From assembly GCF_054482595.1 (NCBI RefSeq), contig NZ_CM137008.1: a DNA stretch of 64,000 nt; one strand, written 5' to 3'. Both the position numbers and the translations under genes were made by a program. Shown here one piece after another: positions 56,592 through 64,000 of this stretch (the stretch's first letter is position 1; each line of letters opens with the position of its first letter). Below the pieces are notes generated by a model that searched no databases, was not told the origin of the DNA, and was given only the letters and a program-made list of their open reading frames with translations.

Positions 56592-59153
56592 TTACACCAG
56601 ACTCTTCAGGCGATAAATCCATTCCAGCGCCTGACGCGGGGTGAGTGAATCCGGATCGAGGTTTTCCAGTGCCTCGACCGCAGGCGAGGTTTCTTCCGGT
56701 ACGGACAGCAAAGACATTTGTGTACCATCCACTTGCGTAGCGGCGGCGTTCGGCGAAATGCTTTCCAGCTCACGCAGTTTTTGCCGTGCGCGCTTAATCA
56801 CCTCTTTTGGCACGCCCGCCAGAGCTGCAACCGCCAGGCCGTAGCTTTTGCTCGCCGCGCCATCCTGCACGCTATGCATAAAGGCAATGGTGTCGCCGTG
56901 CTCCAGTGCATCGAGATGCACGTTGGCGACGCCTTCCATTTTCTCCGGTAACTGGGTCAGCTCGAAATAGTGGGTAGCAAACAGCGTCAATGCCTTAATC
57001 TTATTCGCCAGATTTTCCGCGCACGCCCATGCCAGTGACAGACCATCGTAAGTGGACGTTCCACGCCCGATCTCATCCATTAACACCAGACTGTATTCGG
57101 TGGCGTTATGTAAAATATTGGCGGTTTCAGTCATCTCCACCATAAAGGTTGAGCGCCCGGAAGCCAGGTCATCTGCCGCGCCTACGCGGGTAAAGATGCG
57201 ATCGATAGGTCCAATCTCGACTTTTTGTGCCGGTACATAGCTGCCGATGTAGGCCATCAGCGCAATCAGTGCGGTCTGGCGCATATAGGTACTTTTACCG
57301 CCCATGTTCGGGCCGGTAATAATCAACATCCGGCGCTGCGGTGACAGATTCAGCGGGTTGGCGATAAATGGCTCGTTCAGCACCTGTTCAACCACCGGAT
57401 GGCGGCCTTCGGTAATGCGAATGCCCGGTTTATCAATAAAGGTCGGGCAGGTGTAGTTCAGGGTATAGGCCCGTTCCGCCAGGTTCACCAGCACGTCGAG
57501 TTCCGCCAGCGCGCTCGCGCTCTGTTGCAACGCTTCCAGATGCGGCAACAGCAGGTCGAACAACTCTTCATAAAGCTGTTTTTCCAGTGCCAGTGCTTTG
57601 CCTTTTGAAGTGAGGACTTTGTCTTCGTACTCTTTCAGCTCTGGAATAATGTAACGCTCGGCGTTTTTCAGCGTCTGGCGACGCATGTAGTTGATGGGTG
57701 CCAGATGGCTTTGTCCACGGCTGATTTGAATGTAGTAGCCGTGCACCGCATTAAAGCCAACTTTCAGCGTGTCCAGGCCGGTACGTTCACGCTCGCGGAC
57801 TTCCAGACGCTCCAGATAATCGGTCGCGCCGTCAGCCAGCGCACGCCACTCATCCAGCTCTTCGTTATAGCCCGATGCGATAACACCACCGTCGCGTACC
57901 AGCACCGGCGGTGTGTCGATGATTGCTCGCTCCAGCAGATCGCGCAGCTCGGCAAACTCGCCCATCTTCTCACGCAGCGCCTGTACCGGTGCACTATCGA
58001 CAGTTTCTAACTGCGCACGCAGCTCCGGCAGTTGCTGGAAAGCGTGGCGCATACGGGCCAGATCGCGTGGGCGAGCAGTTCGTAAAGCCAGACGTGCCAG
58101 AATACGTTCCAGGTCGCCGACCTGACGCAGTACCGGCTGTAGCCCGGCGGTGAAATCCTGCAATGCGCCAATAGTTTGCTGGCGCTCAAGCAACACGCGG
58201 GTATCGCGCACTGGCATATGCAGCCAGCGTTTCAGCATACGGCTGCCCATCGGCGTGACGGTGCAGTCGAGCACAGAAGCCAGCGTATTTTCCGCACCAC
58301 CCGCCAGGTTCTGGGTGATTTCCAGATTACGACGCGTCGCGGCATCCATAATGATGCTGTCCTGCTCACGTTCCATGGTGATGGAACGAATATGCGGCAG
58401 AGTCGTACGTTGGGTATCTTTCGCATACTGCAACAGACAACCGGCAGCACAAAGTCCGCGCGGCGCGTTCTCGACGCCAAAACCGACCAGATCGCGGGTG
58501 CCAAATTGCAGATTCAACTGCTGGCGCGCGGTGTCGATTTCAAACTCCCACAGCGGGCGACGGCGCAGGCCGCGACGGCCTTCAATCAGCGACATCTCGG
58601 CGAAATCTTCTGCATACAGCAGTTCCGCCGGATTAGTGCGTTGCAATTCTGCCGCCATCGTTTCGCGGTCGGCCGGTTCGCTAAGGCGAAAACGCCCGGA
58701 ACTGATATCCAGCGTCGCGTAGCCGAAACCTTTGCTGTCCTGCCAGATAGCCGCCAGCAGGTTGTCCTGACGCTCCTGCAACAGGGCTTCATCGCTGATG
58801 GTGCCTGGCGTAACGATACGCACAACTTTGCGCTCAACCGGACCTTTGCTGGTCGCCGGATCGCCAATTTGTTCGCAGATGGCAACGGACTCGCCCTGAT
58901 TCACCAGTTTGGCGAGGTAGTTTTCCACCGCATGGTAGGGGATCCCCGCCATCGGGATCGGCTCTCCCGCTGAAGCACCTCGTTTGGTCAGTGAAATATC
59001 CAGCAGTTGCGACGCGCGTTTTGCGTCGTCATAAAACAGTTCATAAAAATCACCCATCCGGTAAAACAGCAGGATCTCGGGATGCTGGGCTTTCAGCTTG
59101 AGATACTGCTGCATCATGGGCGTATGGGCGTCGAAATTTTCTATTGCACTCAT
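56592..59153 (-). CDS. mutS: DNA mismatch repair protein MutS
   Basis: 853 aa [43 protein letters not shown]; Walker [10 protein letters not shown]. Confidence 0.97.
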   Translation of the reverse strand: MSAIENFDAHTPMMQQYLKLKAQHPEILLFYRMGDFYELFYDDAKRASQLLDISLTKRGASAGEPIPMAGIPYHAVENYLAKLVNQGESVAICEQIGDPATSKGPVERKVVRIVTPGTISDEALLQERQDNLLAAIWQDSKGFGYATLDISSGRFRLSEPADRETMAAELQRTNPAELLYAEDFAEMSLIEGRRGLRRRPLWEFEIDTARQQLNLQFGTRDLVGFGVENAPRGLCAAGCLLQYAKDTQRTTLPHIRSITMEREQDSIIMDAATRRNLEITQNLAGGAENTLASVLDCTVTPMGSRMLKRWLHMPVRDTRVLLERQQTIGALQDFTAGLQPVLRQVGDLERILARLALRTARPRDLARMRHAFQQLPELRAQLETVDSAPVQALREKMGEFAELRDLLERAIIDTPPVLVRDGGVIASGYNEELDEWRALADGATDYLERLEVRERERTGLDTLKVGFNAVHGYYIQISRGQSHLAPINYMRRQTLKNAERYIIPELKEYEDKVLTSKGKALALEKQLYEELFDLLLPHLEALQQSASALAELDVLVNLAERAYTLNYTCPTFIDKPGIRITEGRHPVVEQVLNEPFIANPLNLSPQRRMLIITGPNMGGKSTYMRQTALIALMAYIGSYVPAQKVEIGPIDRIFTRVGAADDLASGRSTFMVEMTETANILHNATEYSLVLMDEIGRGTSTYDGLSLAWACAENLANKIKALTLFATHYFELTQLPEKMEGVANVHLDALEHGDTIAFMHSVQDGAASKSYGLAVAALAGVPKEVIKRARQKLRELESISPNAAATQVDGTQMSLLSVPEETSPAVEALENLDPDSLTPRQALEWIYRLKSLV

Positions 59154-59391
59154 GGGGTTATGTCCGGTTCCCTGATATTAAATGGGGTGTGATGGTTTTT
59201 ATTTTCGTTGTAATCACATAAGGCGCACATGATACCGGAGTTAATCATTTCAGGGGAAGAAGCGAACGGCGAGTTCTTGATGCTGGTTCCGGGAAAGATG
59301 CTGTTTTGCAGCTTTTGCGTGATGCTTATGAAGCAAGTACGCAAAATTGTATCGGTTGGCGAACCCTTCTTCTTTAGAGTCATAGTGCCCT

Positions 59392-59425
59392 TTAAGATTA
59401 AGTTGTAATATAAATGCATCTTAAT
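59392..59425 (+). promoter_or_regulatory. NsrR-operator-like inverted repeat upstream of ygbA (approximate coordinates)
   Basis: aagttgtaatataaatgcatctt about 20-45 nt upstream of ygbA ATG; right half aaatgcatctt matches NsrR half-site as I remember it. Confidence 0.45.
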
Positions 59426-59439
59426 GAGGTGGAGGCATC

Positions 59440-59793
59440 ATGTCCGGCAAGCGTATCTCTCGTGAAAAACTGACGATTAAAAAAATGATCGATCTTTATC
59501 AAGCGAAATGCCCGCAGGCGTCAGCGGAGCCGAAGCATTACGAGGCGTTGTTTGTTTACGCGCAAAAGCGGCTGGATAAATGTGTGTTCGGCGAAGAGAA
59601 GCCAGCCTGTAAGCAGTGTCCGGTGCACTGTTACCAGCCTGCAAAGCGTGAAGAGATGAAACAGATTATGCGTTGGGCCGGGCCGAGAATGCTGTGGCGT
59701 CATCCGATCTTAACCGTGCGTCATCTCATCGATGACAAGCGTCCGGTGCCAGAACTGCCGGAAAAATATCGTCCGAAAAAACCTCGTGAATAG
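59440..59793 (+). CDS. ygbA: YgbA (NsrR-regulon, Cys-rich small protein)
   Basis: 117 aa ORF MSGKRISREKLTIKKMIDLYQAKCPQASAEPKHYEALFVYAQKRLDKCVFGEEKPACKQCPVHCY. Confidence 0.9.
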   Translation: MSGKRISREKLTIKKMIDLYQAKCPQASAEPKHYEALFVYAQKRLDKCVFGEEKPACKQCPVHCYQPAKREEMKQIMRWAGPRMLWRHPILTVRHLIDDKRPVPELPEKYRPKKPRE

Positions 59794-59829
59794 TATGCCG
59801 GACAGTCAGATCTGTCCGGCAATTTGCAG

Positions 59830-61908
59830 TTAAATCAATGCCGATTTATCAATTCCCAGTCGCTTCATCCGTGACAGCAGGGTCGTGCGTTTCAGCCCCA
59901 GACGTTGCGCAGCGCCTTTAGGCCCGGCAACCACGCCGTTAGTTTCTTTCAGCACGCGAACAATCAACTGATATTCATCTTCGCCCTCCTGAGCGACAAC
60001 CGTTGCGGCAGGCGGCGTTTCAGGCTCCGGTAAAGCAATATCTGGCAATGACAGCTGCAGCACGTTGCCGCGTGTTAGCAATACCGCGCGCTCAATGACG
60101 TTTTCCAGTTCGCGTACGTTACCCGGCCACTCCATATTGCTCAAGGTGCGCAACGTCTCGGCAGGAATGCTGTCGATATTGCGCCCCAGACGACGGGCAA
60201 TTTTGAAGGTAAAGGCTTTCGCCAGCAGCGGAATATCTTCCGGACGCTCGCGTAGTGGCGGAAGGTGAATCGGGAATACGTTCAGGCGGTAATAGAGATC
60301 GCTACGGAACTCACGGTCGGCGACCATTTTTTTCAGATCGCGGTTAGTCGCGGCGATTAGACGCACGTCCGTCTGAATGATTTTGTTGCTGCCGAGGCGT
60401 TCAAACTCCTGTTCCTGCAATACACGCAGCAACTTCGGCTGTAACTCCAGTGGCATATCGCCCACTTCGTCGAGGAACAGGGAGCTTTTATCCGCCAGTT
60501 CAAAACGACCGATACGCTGGGCGCTGGCACCGGTAAAAGCCCCACGCTCATGACCAAACAGATCGCTCTCCAGCAATCCGGCAGGCATCGCCGCGCAGTT
60601 CATTTTGACCATGCGGCGATTATTACGCCCACTGAGATTATGGATAGCACGGGCAATCAGCTCTTTACCCGTGCCAGTTTCACCGAGGATCAGCACGGTA
60701 CTGTCACTTTGCGCCACCATTTCAACTTGTTTAAGCACGCTGTACATGGCTTCGCTGCGGCCAATAATCTCGCCAAATTCACTATCAACATTGTTGAGCT
60801 GCTCGGTCAGGGCGAGGTTTTCATCAACCAGCCGTTCTTTCAGACGATGGATTTCCTGATAGGCGAGGGCGTTATCGACAGCGATTGCCACACGTTCGGC
60901 AATCTGGCGCAGTAAATTCAGATTGGTAGTGGTAAACACTTTCTCTTCACATTGCGCCAGTTTCAGCACGCCCAGCATGGTGTCGCCAGACATCAGCGGT
61001 AACAGGCACAAGGTTTGAATCTGGTTGCCCCAGGTATCGAACAACATGCGTTCATACGGGGCTAAATCATCCCGCTCGTGGAGATTAATCAGCAGCATCT
61101 CTTTACTTTTGAACACGCGTTCGGTGAGGGTTCCGGCTTCATCGACTTCGCTCTGTTCGTGGGCGGGATGCTGTTTATCAAGATAGTGAGTGGAGTAGAT
61201 GTTGAGTTTGTTTTTACGGTGGCTGCGTAAGACGATACTGATATCGTCAATATCGAAATAGTAATGGATTTCTTTGGCGACTTCGCTGACCAGTTCGTCC
61301 ATATCCAGGCGGGAAAGCACCGCGTTGGTGATGGCGACCAGGATGCGGAAGTTATCGCGTTCCCGGCATAACAACTCATAGTCGACATTGTTAACGACGC
61401 GGCTCTGGATTTGTTCGGTGACGACAGAAACGATCTGCGTAAATGTTTGCAGACGATTGAACTCTTTTTCGCTCCAGGGGCGATCGTCATAACGAATAAA
61501 TTCACAGCCACCAAAAATATGCCCTTCCGCCGCCAGTGGCATCAGGCAATAGTGACCAAATTTGGGGTATAGCCCACCTGCGGCCAGCTGCGGCCAGGTT
61601 TCACAAAATTCTTCGTAACTGCAATGCAGCGTATCAGGGCGCGACAAAATGCTGCGTACCGGACCGTGTGCCAGAACAGTTTCGTCTTCATATTTAATGG
61701 GGGTGTCTTTTTCACGCGATGCGTAATAAGACGCACGTTGAGTCTGCGCTTGCCACAACACAATAGCCGCGTTGTCGGCGAGCGCAGAACGCTTTACCAG
61801 TTGCGAAAGAGCCTCACACAGCGAGGCCAGATCGGGCTGCTGCAATAGTGTCCGAGTGATGTCGAACAACCCTTGCTGTCCGAGATCACTCATCGGTGTA
61901 TATGACAT
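59830..61908 (-). CDS. fhlA: Formate hydrogenlyase transcriptional activator FhlA (sigma-54 dependent)
   Basis: Start MSYTPMSDLGQQGLFDITRTLLQ inside ORF 59830..61944; AAA+ sigma-54 activator domain with GESGTGKE; C-terminal HTH. Confidence 0.94.
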   Translation of the reverse strand: MSYTPMSDLGQQGLFDITRTLLQQPDLASLCEALSQLVKRSALADNAAIVLWQAQTQRASYYASREKDTPIKYEDETVLAHGPVRSILSRPDTLHCSYEEFCETWPQLAAGGLYPKFGHYCLMPLAAEGHIFGGCEFIRYDDRPWSEKEFNRLQTFTQIVSVVTEQIQSRVVNNVDYELLCRERDNFRILVAITNAVLSRLDMDELVSEVAKEIHYYFDIDDISIVLRSHRKNKLNIYSTHYLDKQHPAHEQSEVDEAGTLTERVFKSKEMLLINLHERDDLAPYERMLFDTWGNQIQTLCLLPLMSGDTMLGVLKLAQCEEKVFTTTNLNLLRQIAERVAIAVDNALAYQEIHRLKERLVDENLALTEQLNNVDSEFGEIIGRSEAMYSVLKQVEMVAQSDSTVLILGETGTGKELIARAIHNLSGRNNRRMVKMNCAAMPAGLLESDLFGHERGAFTGASAQRIGRFELADKSSLFLDEVGDMPLELQPKLLRVLQEQEFERLGSNKIIQTDVRLIAATNRDLKKMVADREFRSDLYYRLNVFPIHLPPLRERPEDIPLLAKAFTFKIARRLGRNIDSIPAETLRTLSNMEWPGNVRELENVIERAVLLTRGNVLQLSLPDIALPEPETPPAATVVAQEGEDEYQLIVRVLKETNGVVAGPKGAAQRLGLKRTTLLSRMKRLGIDKSALI

Positions 61909-61981
61909 TTTGTTCTTCCAGGAAAGCACCGCAAAGCGGTGCAAAAGGTCATTGACTAACTATAGGAGATTTAGAATTTTA

Positions 61982-62992
61982 TTAGCATATACGCGGAAGC
62001 GGTTCGGCGTGTGGTAAATCGAGGGTTCGTTTCACGCCATATAGACCGGCAAGACGAACACCTTTACGTTCCACCACTTCACCAATCAGCGCCGCGTCTT
62101 TCCCCAGTGGATGGGAATGTAACGCTGCCAGCACTTGCTCTGCCGCGTTGCGTTCAACGGCGATCACCAGTTTGCCTTCGTTGGCAAAGTTCAGGGCGTC
62201 CAGTCCCAGCAATTCGCAAACGCCGCGCACGGCAGGTTTAACCGGCAGCGCTGATTCAGAAATTTCAATACCGCAACCGCAGGCTGCCGCGAACTCATGA
62301 ACCACCGCGTTTACACCACCACGGGTGGCATCACGCAGCGCTTTCACGCCGGGAATGTCACGCAGCGTCTGAATAAGCGGCGTCAGCACCGCGCAGTCGC
62401 TGACCAGTTCGCCATCCAGCCCCAGCTGCTCACGCAGGTTAAGGATAGTCGCCCCGTGGTCGCCGAGTGTACCGCTCACCAGCAATACATCGCCTGCGGT
62501 TAGCGTCTGTGCGCCCCAGTGAATATTCGCCGGAATTGCGCCCATGCCCGCGGTGTTGATAAACAGTTTATCTGCCGCGCCGCGCTGCACCACTTTAGTA
62601 TCGCCAGTAACGATGGCAATGCCTGCCGTGCGGGCGGTTTCTGCCATGCTGGTCACTACGGCTTTCAGTGTCTCCATCGGCAATCCTTCTTCGAGGATAA
62701 AGCCACAGGAGAGATAGCGCGGAATAGCGCCACTGACCGCAACGTCATTGGCGGTGCCGCAAATCGCCAGCTTGCCGATATTACCGCCAGGGAAGAACAG
62801 CGGGTCAATAACGTAACTGTCGGTGGAGAACGCCAGACGGTCGCCTTCCGCTACCAGCTGCGCCAGATCAAGACGTGCCTGATCTTCCTGCTCTGCCAGC
62901 CACGGGTTGGCAAAGGCTTCCATAAACAGGCTGTTGATTAATTGCTGCATCGCCTGGCCGCCGCTGCCGTGGGCGAGTTGGATATTATTCAC
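61982..62992 (-). CDS. hypE: Hydrogenase maturation factor HypE
   Basis: 336 aa ORF MNNIQLAHGSGGQAMQQLINSLFMEAF, ends in Cys (PRIC). Confidence 0.93.
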   Translation of the reverse strand: MNNIQLAHGSGGQAMQQLINSLFMEAFANPWLAEQEDQARLDLAQLVAEGDRLAFSTDSYVIDPLFFPGGNIGKLAICGTANDVAVSGAIPRYLSCGFILEEGLPMETLKAVVTSMAETARTAGIAIVTGDTKVVQRGAADKLFINTAGMGAIPANIHWGAQTLTAGDVLLVSGTLGDHGATILNLREQLGLDGELVSDCAVLTPLIQTLRDIPGVKALRDATRGGVNAVVHEFAAACGCGIEISESALPVKPAVRGVCELLGLDALNFANEGKLVIAVERNAAEQVLAALHSHPLGKDAALIGEVVERKGVRLAGLYGVKRTLDLPHAEPLPRIC

Positions 62993-64000
62993 GCTTCACT
63001 CTCCTGCTGACGATACTGATACCACGCGGCGCACGCTCCTTCGGAGGAAACCATCAGCGCACCAAACGCGGTTTGAGGATTACAGGTGTTACCAAACAGC
63101 GGGCATTGATGCGGCTTACATTTGCCCGTCAAGACTTCGCCACAACGCGCGCGCGGGTCATCGCAGACCTGCTGCGGTGCCGGGCGGAAATGTGCTTCGG
63201 CATCGAATCGTTGATAATCCGGCGTCAGGTGCACGCCAGAAGATTCAATCACGCCTAAGCCGCGCCATTCGCTGTCGCCGTTGACACAGAACACATCGGC
63301 AATCGCCTGTTGCGCCAGCAGGTTACCGGCATCCGGTACCACCCGACGATACTGATTCTCTACCTTGCTGTGGGCCGCTATTTTCTGCTCCACCAGCATC
63401 ACCACGCCTTGCAGTAGATCAAGGGGTTCGAAACCAGCGACCACCAGCGGACGATGAAAATCGCTGGCGATAAAATTATAGGCATCAGTGCCGATAACCA
63501 TACTAACGTGGCCCGGCGCGAGGAACGCGTCGATACCGTTATCCGGCTGTTCCAGCAAACTGCGAAGCGTCGGGATAAGCGTAATGTGCTGGCAGAAGAA
63601 GTAAAAATTCTGCACATCACGCGCTTTCGCCTGTTGCAGAGTGATAGCGGTGGTCGGCATGGTGGTTTCAAAACCTAAGCCGAAGAACACCACTTTGCGG
63701 GTTGGATTCTCCTGCGCCAGTTTCAACGCATCCATCGGCGAATAGACGATGCGCACATCGGCACCGCGTGCTTTTGCCTGCAACAGCGATCCCTGTTTCC
63801 CCGGCACGCGCATGGCGTCGCCAAAGGTACAGAAGATGACTTCCGGATGGCTGGCAATCTCCACGCAGGTGTCGATTCTGCCCATCGGCAGTACGCACAC
63901 CGGGCAACCCGGACCGTGGATAAACTCAACGTTTTCCGGCAGTAACTGGTCGAGGCCGAATTTAAAAATGGCGTGGGTATGACCACCGCACACTTCCATA
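62989..64000 (-). CDS. hypD: Hydrogenase maturation factor HypD, C-terminal part; 5' end beyond window end
   Basis: Translation MEVCGGHTHAIFKFGLDQLLPENVEFIHGPGCPVCVLP with CGGHTH and GPGCPVC motifs; reading frame continues past position 64000. Confidence 0.9.
   Translation of the reverse strand, partial: MEVCGGHTHAIFKFGLDQLLPENVEFIHGPGCPVCVLPMGRIDTCVEIASHPEVIFCTFGDAMRVPGKQGSLLQAKARGADVRIVYSPMDALKLAQENPTRKVVFFGLGFETTMPTTAITLQQAKARDVQNFYFFCQHITLIPTLRSLLEQPDNGIDAFLAPGHVSMVIGTDAYNFIASDFHRPLVVAGFEPLDLLQGVVMLVEQKIAAHSKVENQYRRVVPDAGNLLAQQAIADVFCVNGDSEWRGLGVIESSGVHLTPDYQRFDAEAHFRPAPQQVCDDPRARCGEVLTGKCKPHQCPLFGNTCNPQTAFGALMVSSEGACAAWYQYRQQESEA

Overview
This 64 kb window is an Escherichia coli-type chromosomal segment running barA - rlmD - relA - mazEFG - pyrG - eno - (lemA + three TPM-domain paralogs) - queE - CRISPR array - ygc cluster - queD - cysJIH - cas3 - cse1 - cse2 - cas7e - cas5e - cas6e - cas1 - cas2 - CRISPR array - iap - cysDNC - ygbE - ftsB - ispDF - truD - surE - pcm - nlpD - rpoS - (hosA-like + ecdBCD-like) - pphB - mutS - ygbA - fhlA - hypE - hypD. 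It holds a complete type I-E CRISPR-Cas locus with two arrays of 29-nt repeats and 32-nt spacers (7 and 14 spacers) plus a decayed third array. Most of the window is well-known core genome. The observations I consider most worth follow-up are: (1) an orphan, hairpin-preserving CRISPR-repeat-like element between cas3 and cse1; (2) cas1 split into two reading frames; (3) a lemA + three tandem TPM-domain gene operon, larger than the single ygcG I remember from K-12; (4) a strong intrinsic terminator in the ygcW leader next to a cluster that encodes a GlpP-family antiterminator-like protein; (5) the uncharacterised ygc redox/sugar cluster itself. Protein identities come from reading the supplied translations against remembered E. 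coli proteins; no database search was run, and comparisons to K-12 are from memory.
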